Positions 24,230-36,844 of a stretch of DNA of 64,000 bases are shown here, one piece after another. The DNA is taken from contig NC_134025.1 in the NCBI RefSeq assembly GCF_964204645.1, positions 16,343,101-16,407,100 on the forward strand, read 5' to 3'. This stretch comes from Tubulanus polymorphus (lineage: Eukaryota > Animalia > Nemertea). The notes under the pieces are model-generated. The model was not told the origin of the DNA. It saw nothing but the letters and a program-made list of their open reading frames with translations, and did not search any database. The position numbers and the translations under genes were made by a program. Position 1 is the stretch's first letter; the number at the start of each line of letters is the position of its first letter.

Positions 24230-27018
24230 AAATTCTAATACATAACACTATTCAATTGAGAATTTACAATATTTAATTGCGCGTCAGATATAATATAAAT
24301 GTGCATTTTAAAATTTTTGGTTCCTTTATTCTTTGTCATGAATAATTGTATTCCATCTTTTGCGTTCTGTAATTTTTTTCCAGAACCATGTAATGAATTA
24401 TCCTCTGTTGTTCATTCCAACTAATTCCACATCCTGTTGTTGCGCAATAAACAGCAAAATTTAATTGGTTCTGCCAATACTTCATATTAGATTTTAATAA
24501 CCATTGTTTTGCCTCATTTAAATTTTTGAAATTAATTGTATACACATGAAATATATTTTCCATCTTTACATGAAAATTATTGCTTTCAGTAACATAAATA
24601 TATAAATCAATTAATGAATTTAAAACTTCATTTCTATATGTAATATCTTTATTAAAATCTATTGCAGGAATATTATATTTAATTTATTTATTATATTGGA
24701 AAGCTTTTGGAAAACTATCTGCCATTTATATAACTAAAAAATTAAGAATTTATTAATTCTTTTAATAATTTATCTTGTTCTTAAACTGTCATATGGCCAT
24801 TTAAACTTATTATATAATCTAGTGTATTCTTTAATTTATTAATTTCTTTTATATTAGTTTTAATTTTTTCTTTATTACTTTTTATATTTAATTTTGAACT
24901 TATACCAGTTAAAACACTTGAACTTAAACCTAACACACCAATTGATATAGCTAAAGGTGTTAATGGACTGAATATTGCTAGAAATGTTATTACAGAACTT
25001 ATTGTAACCGAACCACTTATAATCAAATAATATATAATTTTACTTTTTAAATATTTTTTCTTTTTTATCTTTAAGTCGCTTTCAAATTCTAATATTTGTT
25101 TTTCTAAATATGTTTTTAATTTAGTTTTATTTATATCATGAGGAATAATATCAATATTATCAACTTTATCTTCCATTTATTTAGCAAAAAAATTACTAAT
25201 TAGTAAATTTATATGCTACAAATATAACAATAACAGTTCCGCCTAAAATCCAAATTATTTCATATTTCTGTTGTTCTTTACTCGGGGTATAATAATCTGA
25301 TATTGTAGGTTTATGTAGATGTAATTTTTCTTTATTTGTTACTGCGTTATATAAACTCATTGCATCATCAACTGATTGAAAATCTCTATGTGAAATCTTC
25401 TGATCATATAATTCTTTATTGATGTAATCCATATAGTTTTGTCGTTTTCTCTATATTCTTCCGCTGCTTTATTGTATTTCTCTAATGCTAAGCTATGTCT
25501 TTTTTGTTCTGTTAATGAACCATTTTTATCAATATGCTCGAATAAATAACCACCACCAGTAAATGATAAAGCGTTAACAATTGCCGATCCTATAATAGTT
25601 ATAATTGCAGAAGCCATTTATTTAGCAAAAAAATTATGCATTTATATGGGAGGAATATATTTTTGTTTTTCCAAATAATCAATAGTTAAATTAGATAAAG
25701 TAACTGCTAATGTTAATTTTAAAATATCATTTATATCAAATCTATCAACATTAACACTTCCCATTTTGAATACTTTTTTAATACCATTGAATAACCAACA
25801 GTTCCAACTGATAATAATGCGCCATTATATAATCCAGTTATTATCCACTTATTATCACTCATTTATTTATCAAAAAAATTACTATCATCAAAATATTTAG
25901 TTATCTTATTTATGATTAATTCAACATTTAATTCATTACTAGTTTCATTTGTATATATTTCAATTATTATTTTTTCAATATCATCGAAGATAAAATCTTC
26001 ATCTAATTCATAAAATCTTAGAGATTCTCTAATTAAATTAGTAATCTTTTCTACATTTAAAGTTTCTTTATCTATTGTTGTTTCATACTCAAATGTTGTT
26101 TCATTAGAAAATGTAATATTTTTGATATGTGTAATTACATCATTAACGTTAAATTTCATTTCTTTCTCATGTTTAAAATCAAACCCAAAACATATACTCG
26201 GCCCAACAGTAATATTCATTTATATAGTGAAAAAATTACTCTTTACATCTTATAACTAATTCATATATCACAGGAAAGTTATTCAAATCAATTAAATATC
26301 CATTATGATTTCTTATTTCTTATTATTAGGTTTAAAATCACATTCTGTTAAATTATAATTTATTTGAGTTCCAAATTGTTTAACATTTTTTAGCGGTAAA
26401 ATATTTAGTATACTAAAACTACAAATTGTTTCTTTAGTTGCTTCGAAAGTTTTTGTAGGCTCGATTAAATTGCAATAAATATAAAAGTGTGTAAAAGGTA
26501 TTATATTTGAATTACCATCTATGTTTCCTGTAACAGTATCTGGTGCAGTATCTGGTCTCTATCTAATTGAACTAGTAAATTATGAGATTTATAATTAGTA
26601 AGTTTTCTTGAATCAACAAATATTCTGTATTCTTTTAATTCCGCCATTTATTTTACATATTTTCTTATTCGAAATCTATTTCATGGTGCCCTTTTTCATT
26701 CTTACCTTTGTATACGAAATAGATATCTCCAGAACATAATTCTTCTAGATCTTCACTTGATAATCTATGAAATCTATCCGGCAAATATGTTCTGAATTTA
26801 TATGTATTTCCTTTTAATCCTTCATATTCTAAGTGTATAACTAATTTATCTCCATAGTTATTAGTAACTGTATCAATATTTGTAATTAGATATTTCTTAT
26901 GAATTGTTAATTCTGTTAACTTTTTGAATTTATAATCTACTGATTTGACATTTGAAGTATCTTTTATTCTATCTAGAAATGATTTGTTGTTCTCACTGTG
27001 TGTTTGTTTACTCTCCAT
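24230..27018 (-). pseudogene. Copy B structural block: 117-aa (26665-27018) and 118-aa (25863-26219) ORFs intact, penton internally deleted, small membrane genes damaged, only the MCP 3' tail left
   Basis: Similarity to copies C and D; deletion junction near 24412. Confidence 0.8.
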
Positions 27019-27080
27019 GTATAATACATATTTTTATTAAAATTTGATTAACACGTTAGAATTCTTTTCATTATCTCGTT

Positions 27081-30000
27081 CTATTTTGTTTCTTCTCTTT
27101 TGAATTTGAAGTATTCATCTAAATTACAACCATAAGCAACTGTATGAATTCCATCATCTAAAATATATCTTTTATCATCAAATGGGTTTAGACTTATCTT
27201 TTCAATTTCTTCATTAAACATTTCATGATCTTCAGATCTTAAACATCTCATCTTATGTTTTCTAACTTCTTCATTGAATATACAATTGATGTAATCTTTG
27301 AAATGAATATTCTTTTCTACTACACTTTTGGTTATTCCTTTTAACTTTTTAGCTTCATGTTCTTTAGTTTTATATGAATACATTTTAGATCTAATACCAA
27401 TGAATTCAATCATTTCTTCACCACCTAATTCATCTTTGAATTTACCGGGAACTTTTTTATTATCATTGCTAAACAATTCATGATCTTTAGGATAGTTACT
27501 AAAATCAAAATGATGTTTCAATGTTTTTAAATCATCAGTTATGTTATCAGTTTTTATCTTTAATATGTAACTGTCAGTATCAAAATATAATATTTCTATA
27601 TGTTTTTCTCCAAAAGGTGGTTGTAATACATTATAATAGAATTCATACATTAGTAATTTTGATAATTCTAAAACTGATGCGCCAACATAGATTCGTTTAT
27701 TAAATTTCATTGATGTTCTTCTCATCTTAACTGCAGCTAAATTTTCATCAAATATTCTGTTACCTAAAAACTTAGGATATGATTGTAAATGTCTAATTCT
27801 TTTACCATTACTAACTAACTCAATATCATTTCTATTTCTAATATTTTCACAAGTCTTACCATAGAATGCATTATTCATTAACTTGAAGAAATCTTTCTCG
27901 AAATCAGTTTTAGCTTCAGTTCTCTGTTTGGTGTTAAAATCTATATATTTTTCTAACCACTTAGATTGACTGAATGAAATATATCTATGTACTTTTTTTA
28001 GAACCATTCCTTGTTTTAGATAAAACTTTAACATTCTATAATGTACTACATAATTATATTTATCTTCTTGAGTTACCATTAACTTTTCTGTATGAATATG
28101 ATTTTCGGGTTTAATTCTTTTTTGGTAATTTGATAATTCTTCGTGTGTTACAGTTTTATGTTCGGGACAGTATGCTAGATTTCTAGATTTAAATTTTTTA
28201 TCTTCAGGATATTCTAAATCTACAACAAAGAAGTAACCAGTATCTGAATCATCTGCAATATCTAGAATTCTTTTCTTCCAATCAAATTTGTCATTATTTT
28301 CATTCTGTAAAACTTCACTCATTTCAAATACTCCATAAGGTTGTGGTTCCATCATTGCCCAACCATATAAATTATTTGCATCTATATATAATAACTTATA
28401 TCCGGGGTTATCATTTGCATTGAAATATCTATCGCCTAATACACCTGAAACTCCTCCTCTTATAGATTTTTCAAATAATAGTAATTGATCTATATTTGTT
28501 AACAAATCTATTTTTATATGTGTAAATTTTAATCCACAATCCCATGTTAAACCTGGTGATGAATAACAATGACAAGGATCAATGTTGAAATATTTTAGGT
28601 TTACAACCTTTCGAATATATCGGTTAATAATAATACATCTGATTTTAAATATATATCTACTAATTGCCCATGATTTTCTATTTTGAAATGATTCCAAATA
28701 TTCATTGTTCTATTATATACTTCATCTTTAACATATTCATTTTTTAATTTATCATAGAATTGTTCTTTCAATAATTCAGTTATATTGAAATCATTTTGTG
28801 ATTAATAAATTGAATATGGAATTGCTCCTCTATATCTCATTAATTGAAAATCATCATTATTTGGGTAGTGTTGCTTTAATATTTTTAATTCATCATCAAC
28901 TAATGATTTTGATAAGTTATCTAATGAACTATTTAAAAATCTATATGAATCTATAAATCTTAGACACCCAAATTGGAATGATATATAATTCTCAGATGTT
29001 TTAGCTAACATTTTAAATTTATAAGTTGGTATTTTATCTTTTGGTCTATTTGAATTTAATCTTACTATTTCATTATTGATTTCTTCTATTTTATGACATA
29101 ACTGTTTGATGAATAAATGAGCATCATATCCTGATAAATTATGAAATATTACTGGTACAAAATTAATTTTCTTAGCTTGTAAGTTACAATTCTCATGTGC
29201 GGCGCCTCTAAACTTTCCGTTCAAATGATCATGGTCTCTTACTTTTTTATCTTTATAATTAAATATCTTTTCACAATAATAACATTTATCTGCAAACGCA
29301 AATGCTTCTTTATCTTCTTCTGTCATTATGATTTCTATATTTGTATTCAATAATTTACTAAATCTTATTTCATATTCAATTAATAAGTCACAAAAATGAT
29401 TGATAACATTTTCATTTCTATAATGATGATATTCACTTTCAATTAGTTCTGGATAATCAGATTTTATATATAACCAGAAAGCTGCGGCTGATTGATGAAT
29501 CTTTTTAATAGTATTTGTTTTTGGTGGTTCATCTGAAAAATCATTTTCATTAGAATTTAATTTCTTTCTTTTATAATATATTTCTTTTCTATCTTGATCA
29601 GTAAGTTCTTTATTTAATGATTCAAAATCTCCATATATTACAAATGGTACTTTATTTTTGTAATCATATTTTTTGAATTCTAATATTTTATCTTTTTCAT
29701 TTGGTAAAACTAATTTACAATAATCATGATTTTCACATAATTGTTTATGATTTAATAATGTACTTTCATTACTGAATCTATGTAAACATTTTCTGCAAAG
29801 ATATATTTTATGGTGATCATTTTCTGATTTAAAAAATAAATCGATTTGTTTAATCCACATATAATGATTCTCATAATATAGTATATCTATAACATCATTT
29901 GAATCATAATCTTATGATAGATATAAAGGTTCTAATGTATAATGTTTTATGTTGTTACCTTTTGTATTTGGTAATTTGATTAAATCAACTACATTTATTC

Positions 30001-31072
30001 TTAAATTATTATCTCTTTCTATCTTTGGGATGTTTGTAATTCTAACAGGATACTTATCTATCTTATAATTATTTTCAAATGGTTTATAATGAGTTAATCT
30101 ACAAATATTATAAGTTGCAGGATGTAAACAACTAATTATTGCCCATAGAAAACATTTATCATCTTCATTTTGTACATTTATAACAGCATTAGTTTTAAAT
30201 GGTAGTTTAATATAACTCGATGCTTCAATATCTGGTTCTTTATAATATGATACATTATTTTCATCAATTGGTTTTGATTTGGTTAACTTATTATATTTTG
30301 TGTTATAAACATGTAAAGTCATAAATATTATTTCATCAAATATTAAACCAGATCCTTCAAAATGTTTCTCTTCTATTTTAGTTTTTACTTCATTATAACA
30401 TTTATCTAATTTATCATCTATATGTTGTTTTGAAATAATATGTTGTGAATGAGAATTTATATTATATATTGGTTTATCTTCAGATTTTATGAATTTAACT
30501 TTAGAAGATATACTTATTTTAGGATATTCAACATCAGTTATTATTTTTATTATTTCCTTCATATTTTCTAAATGTTTTTTATTTTCTTCTAATGTTTTTC
30601 CTTTACGAAATTTAAACTCGATAGCTGCTTGGCCAATATCACTTTTAAATGCTTCGGTTATCTCTATATCTTTTTTATTATCTAATGAATTAATATAATT
30701 TCTTACATCTTCCATGTATGGTCTTTTATTGTTTAATTTATTTTTTATGCTTTTAATTGTCTTCTGTTTCTTATCATTATCTTTATCAAAATAATCTTCA
30801 CCTAAAATATCATTATTCTTATTTCTAATATGACTTTTAGATTTTAAATGTTCATTATAATATCTTTTATCACTGAATGATTGATTACATGTATCACATT
30901 TGTATGTTTCTTTTTCATTCTTAAATTCATCTAATTTAGTTTCTAATACATCATCTTTATATTCTAGTTTCAATTTATTCTCTAAATGTGTTTTAGTTTT
31001 ATTGTGTCTTGCTTTTTGGGATCTATCTATATTGATATTACATGTTGGGCAGTAGTACTTATTTGCTTCCAT
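27081..31072 (-). pseudogene. pPolB with C2H2 fingers, vOTU-like motif and EndoVII-like insert, copy B
   Basis: INVQNEDDKCFLWAI, YGDFES, CYYC..VRDHDH..G.FRGAAH..CN, DANNLYG, KLMNNAFYGK, YFDTDS; split into three ORFs. Confidence 0.95.
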
Positions 31073-31550
31073 TTTAATATCAAAATTTTTTTTTTAAATT
31101 GATTTTAGAAGTTCAATGATTTATATCATGTATTATTTCAATCACACTTACTAACACTTTTAATGTTTAAAAATCTAACTCATACAAATATAAATATTGA
31201 AATAATGTTGTAAATATATCTATATATCTATTCTATAAGAGCTCGTTAATTACTCGTTACTTTTTTACTAACACTTTCCTCACACTTTTATATTGAATAA
31301 TCTATCAATTTATATGTTATTCATGTAAATTATGATTATATATATATATGAATATTTTAAGAGTAATAGGGGTAATGGGCTTTCAGGTTAAAGGTTGAAG
31401 TGGCGAGTGAGTAAAAAATGAAAATAACAATAATTTACAGTTGAATTAGGAGTGTGCGCGACTAATTCAACTGTAAATTATTGTTATTTTCATTTTTTTA
31501 CGAGCTCGACCCTTCGACCTTTGATCTGAAAGCCCATTACCCCTATTACT
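30803..31550. repeat. Right TIR of copy B (palindrome 31362-31550)
   Basis: Inverted match to 18583-19333. Confidence 0.95.
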
Positions 31551-31840
31551 ACCAAAGCTTGGACGAGCTTATTAGTTTCGCTCTACGAATAGAGGGTATT
31601 CAGCTTATGGAAAATGAGCGGGAGGATAGATCCAATATTCCTGTTTATCAGGTTCGCTCTTCCGAGGCTGCTAGAAATGATGAGATTACGCGCCTGCGTC
31701 AGGACTTTGAGAGGCTTAACGCTAATATCAGTAAAGTCGTGTCGCAACGAAATGACTATCCTGAGTATAGGTTAAAGCAGTGTTATCGATGCTTAAGATA
31801 TGGCCATTGTAGGAACCCCCCCTTCTTCTCATCCTCATAG
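31551..31840 (+). pseudogene. Gypsy gag, 3' part with degenerate zinc knuckle; pol and 3' LTR missing
   Basis: KLWQTNYQ|SLDELISFALRIEG is continuous once copy B is removed; CYRCLRYGHC. Confidence 0.82.
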
Positions 31841-32074
31841 AGAGAGTTTAAACGAGAAGCGGCTGGTCCAACAGGGGAAAGATAAGCTGACTAAGATATT
31901 AGCTGACTAAGGTATAGAACTATTGGTACCCAAATGATTATAGTGAGTATATTGAATTCAATTGAAATAATTTATTAAAAGTTGTGTACATTTGGTATGT
32001 AATTTGTCCATCATATGTCAAATATGAAATAGTTTCAACATTCCTTTTAAAATGATTAATGGTTTCTTATCAAC

Positions 32075-32256
32075 AGGCACGTCGCCAGATTTCAACACAA
32101 TGTTCTATTGAAATACCATCAAAAAGTGGTTCCCAGCAGACCTCATTAGCTCAAAAATCAGTAGCAGTATAGTGCGCACTGTTGTGCCCCAAATCAAATT
32201 TTCGCGTCAAAGGTGGTAATAGTAGAGATTATAACAGAAATTTCATGGGTGATGAA

Positions 32257-32350
<94 letters not shown>

Positions 32351-34858
32351 ATGGTGATGATGAATTTTATGATCCCTCATGGAACCCAGATGAAGAATCA
32401 GAGTAAGATTGAAATTTTATTTGATTGAAATGCATAACAGTATCAACTACAGAAATCAGGAAATTCCGAACAAAATCTTTAGAATATTTATTACGATTAA
32501 TTTCTTGAAAATTATTATTCAGTGTGTGTCATAATTAATTTCAGATGCATCGAGGAAGCAGATGTCTCCCTTCAAAATGAACCAAACTTAACTTCTCCGC
32601 ATCAAGAGACAAAGTTTTTATGCTTCGAGTCGTGTGTGTTGGGATTATTGGCGCTTTGCAACATTTGTCTCGCGCCTTGTAAAATAGTTAAGCGGTCGGT
32701 GATTGGTTCTGCGATGCAGTATGAAACAGTTTGTTCCGGCCCCGAGAAACATCATCGAATTTGGTGTTCTCAGCCCATGCATAACAGAATGCCACTAGGG
32801 AATCTGTTAATGGCTGCTGGCATTTTCTTCTCAGCTGTATCGCCCAGCAAATTTCTTACTTTTTGTAAGGGATTGAAAATAAGTATGTTTGGGATACATC
32901 ATTTCTTCAAGTTACAGTCCAGTTATCTGTACCTAGCTGTTGATAATGTTTGGAAGTCAAGTCAAGCCATACTGATCAGGGAGCTTCAGCAGCAAGGAAA
33001 CTCACTTGTTCTTGGTGGTGATGGTAGATGCTGTTCGCCAGGGCATTCAGCGAAGTATGGCTCTTATTCAATCATGAACATAGGTACAGAAAAGCTTATC
33101 GACTTCCACCTTGTGCGGGTAGATCTTAATTTTAGTTGATAAAATTTCTCATAAATTTCTGAACATTTCAGAATACCAATGACACATATTTTGAACCTTT
33201 AAAATATGACCAATCAAGGAAATAGTTGTTAACCCTACCTGAAAATTTCCTGTTGCATATATGTTTTAAAATTCTTAATTATTCCTTAATTTGCATTATT
33301 CACTCAGCATATGTTGTTAACTTTTCAGAGCAACTAAGTCAAGAATTCGAATGCGATGGAGCTTGAAGGTTTCAAACGATGTTTGAATTATATTCAGGCA
33401 CAGAAACTCAAAATCGGAGAAATAATTACAGATAGACACGTTCAAATTAAAAAGTACCTTCGGCTGAATCATCCATCTATACAGCATTACTATGATGGAT
33501 GGCATCTTACTAAGGGTAAAAAGCTCTTTTCGAATTTTAATTCATATGATTTACTCTGTTACACATTAAAAACCATAGTCTCGAAATTTAAAATAGGTTA
33601 GGTACTTAATTTTATTGTAAATTGCAGGAGTTTTCAAAAAGATAGAGAAGGCAGCAAAAACTAAGAAGTACAGTGTGCTTGGAGATTGGTCTCGATCAGT
33701 TAGTAACCATATTCATTGGTGTGCTGCAAGTAGCAATGGAATGGCAGATGCTGTTGTGGAGAAATGGAAATCCATTTTAAATCACGCAGCTAATGTACAC
33801 GAAGGTCATGATGGAGGCCTTTTCCAGGAATGTGCCCATGGTACTCTTGAACCACGGAACTGGATAAAAAACGGTCAGTGCTATAGTGCAGTTTTATGTA
33901 TCTTTGTTGGTTACATGTATGTACATGTATGTGTGATTTCACTTTAAAAAAAAAACATTGTAACATTGATCTTAAAAAACTGTCTCTAGGATCTGCTCCA
34001 CACAAAGTATTGAAGGGTATCGTGATGAACAAAAGCTTACTCGCTGACATAGGGAATATTTCACCGCGAGCCCAGACATCTTCACTCGAGTCTTATCATA
34101 GGGTTGTGATATACTTTGCGCTTAAGTCACTGCATTACTTTTATGACTCGATGAATGCTAGGTAATTTGAAAATCCTTTGATGATAAAATGAAAAATTAT
34201 GTTTAAATGTATGATGTTTATCTTCACTATCATGATCTAGAAACAAATCTTATTTTCTATTTAAAGACTCCAACTTTCAGCTCTTCGTTATAATGAGAAC
34301 CATAACAGAATGCAAGCTCATACAAAGGAGGGTATTCCGCAGTATCAGCTGTACTATGCTAAGTGGAAGAAAGGTATTGCCGCTGCCAAAGAAGTTAAAG
34401 TACCAGCTACATATAGTGAGTAAATTTTAGCGATTAATCTGATCATTGATTATTTCGCCTTATTTTTTTCATACAATGATATTGTGACTGAATTTTGTTG
34501 TATTGGATAGTATATAAATGAATTTGCGTATTTATAAGATTTATGATTATAAATTCGCTTTATCTAATGAATATAATGCATTACTCTAGGATATCTATCG
34601 GAATGTCTTCAAAAGGTGTGGAATGTGCGACAAGAAATACCAAATGTGGCTACTGCTATGGATATGTGGTTGGAGACAAGTAAAACAAAGGAGAAGGGTT
34701 TCATTGCTGATGTTTATGATCGATCTCAAATCAACAAGGAAGATGTGATATTAACACATACCAGTAGGTTCCACCAACCGGTAAAAAGGCCTGCAGAAAC
34801 TCAGCTGGAAGAAAATAAAAATTCTGGCAAAGCCAGAAAAAGGTCCAAAAAAAGTTAA
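32075..34858 (+). pseudogene. Multi-exon Kolobok-type DDE transposase (5' end missing, in-frame stop near 33336)
   Basis: GDGRCCSPGHSAKYGSY, MELEG, ITDRH, YDGWH, WSRSVSNHIHWC, QTSSLESYH separated by GT-AG introns. Confidence 0.8.
32260..32349 (+). repeat. (GAT)~30 microsatellite, poly-Asp in a probable transposase exon
   Basis: Directly visible; flanked by DEFYDPSWNP. Confidence 0.95.
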
Positions 34859-34944
34859 AAACATGTTTAGACTGACCGGTGTCAGTTTTTTATGACTCAT
34901 ATCTTATAAATAATATATTTTATACTGGATTATTAAAAACAGAA

Positions 34945-36228
34945 TTAGAGAGCATCCGGTATTTGTGGATATTGAAAACCAGTGTATATATTGTCTGGTG
35001 ATGGCCACTGGAGTCTTATTGCACTAACTACGCAAGATGGTAGAATCCGCCGATTTCTCTTCCCTAGTATTTTCCATGCCCACCTGCAAAATCGTCTGTA
35101 GGCAACGTGTCTGTACAATCTGCAAATATAGAAGAATTTTCAATGATGTAAAAATAGATCCACTTTTTGTATTTTTTTTATTACGTGTACATAGAAATAT
35201 TTGCCCTATATATATAGTTATAGTTACTATCCCTTTGAACTGATGATATTGAATTAATATTTACTTATAAACTGGCTCTTCGTAGCCAACAGGTCCATTC
35301 TGCTTTACAAATTCATAAAATGATACTTTCAGCACTTCTGGATCAAGGCAGTTTACTTTAAATCCATGGACTTCAGTGATGCATGTGGCCTGATCATTTT
35401 CCTCCATAATGGTTTTGAGGTCTCCAAATTCATTGCAACAGACACATTCTCTCGGTGTCTGCATTGGAGAACAATAGTAAACCCTGTTACACTATTTCTG
35501 CAAGAACACCTGAAATATATACATGTATAAGCTTATACACTGCTGTAGTAATAATGTAAAATCATGTATGTAAAGCCTATTTTAAGAATTGCATATATTT
35601 GCAGAAATAAACTTATGAGTTACCGGGTCTTGAATTTTACTAACAAACATTTAATGTACTTGAGAAACGCCTTATGGAAGTGTCATCACTCACTGTAGTA
35701 TTTATAATTTCTAATGGCAAATCGTTGAACAATAAATTAGATTGAATTTGACTTTAAAGCTCGCTTTTCGTTGATATCGTTGAATTTCTGTCTGGATCCT
35801 TTTTATTATAGACTGATACTTCAGAATATATTATTTTGATATTTTGCCAGTTATTTTATTTCTTTGATATTCTTTGAACTTGTCAGAGCAATAAGTTACT
35901 TCGAACCGTTCGAGGCCCTCCGGCCGGACGGACGTTAGTATTTCGAGCTGTGGTGTGAGTTTACGCCGATTTGGCAAGAATATGGCTCTATTTTTCGGGA
36001 ACGGCAAAAAGAAGTAAAAATACGAATAATACTATGTATTATCATCGTACCAATCTGTGTTGTCCTTACGCTGGTCAAATTCGTCGTCGCTAGATATTTC
36101 TTCGGAATCGGATGCAGACGACGTCGACGAATCACTACCGCTAGAAGAGTGCCGATCTTGTTCTAAATCGTCGGGCTCAGATTTCAAAATCGGTTCAAAC
36201 ATGTATGGCTGGACCTCTTGTGGATATA
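34945..36228 (-). pseudogene. KolX / P2X7-ballast-like Cys-rich protein, 3' part (5' end at 53203-53146)
   Basis: QPYMFEP, ECVCCNE..CIT...F...CL, YRHVAYRRFCRW..LG..NRRILPSCVVSAIR..WPSPD..YTGF; convergent with the transposase. Confidence 0.82.
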
Positions 36229-36790
36229 AGTAATAGGGGTAATGGGCTTTCAAGCCAAAGGTCGAACGGTCGAGCTCATTAAAAAACAAAACATTAAAAA
36301 TAATTTAAAACTATAATATATTTTCATAACCGTGTGTATTTTATATTATAACTAAATATTTATTCTAAGATATCAATAATTTAAATTTAAAAAGCATATT
36401 GTATTAAATCAATTGGTCGCTCCACTTCGCTACCGCTCCGCTCCGCGACCAATTGATTTACTTACAATACACAAATTCATATAATCAAATATATTTTAAT
36501 AATAATAATTATTCTATTATTCAACTGAAATACACACGGTTATGAAAATATATTATAGTTTTAAATTACTTTTAATATTTGTTTTTAATGAACTCGACGA
36601 TTCAACCTTTAACCTGAAAGCCCATTACCCCTATTACTCTTAAAATAATCATATACATGAATAACATTTAAATTGACAGATTATTCAATATAAAAGTATA
36701 TATTTACAACATTATTTCAATATTCATATTTGTGTGAGTTAGATTTTTAAACATTAAAAGTGTTAGTAAAGTGTGATTGAAATAATGCAT
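36229..36790. repeat. Left TIR of copy C (410-bp palindrome 36229-36638)
   Basis: Inverted match to 52584-53145. Confidence 0.95.
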
Positions 36791-36844
36791 GATATAAATC
36801 ATTGAACTTCTAAAATCAATTTTAATAAAAAATTTAGTATTAAA

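Larger units (their letters stand above)
18583..31550 (-). mobile_element. Family 2 Polinton-like element, copy B (12,968 bp, internally deleted)
   Basis: AGTAAT...ATTACT ends, ~750-bp TIRs, 6-bp TSD ACCAAA (18577-18582 and 31551-31556); Gag frame resumes after it. Confidence 0.97.

Noticed and set aside
18583-31550. Flip/flop isomers of the hairpin apex as in parvoviruses or poxviruses
   Set aside because: In both B and C the two apices are exact inverted copies, so no flip/flop evidence is present here; this weakens a strict rolling-hairpin model.
31481-31550. Shared N-terminus (ELD.STF.LKAHYPYY) of ORFs 31481-31840 and 36032-36289
   Set aside because: Translation of the outer TIR arm running into interrupted Gag or KolX; not real starts.
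32213-32428. Poly-Met ORF
   Set aside because: Alternative frame of the (GAT)n microsatellite.
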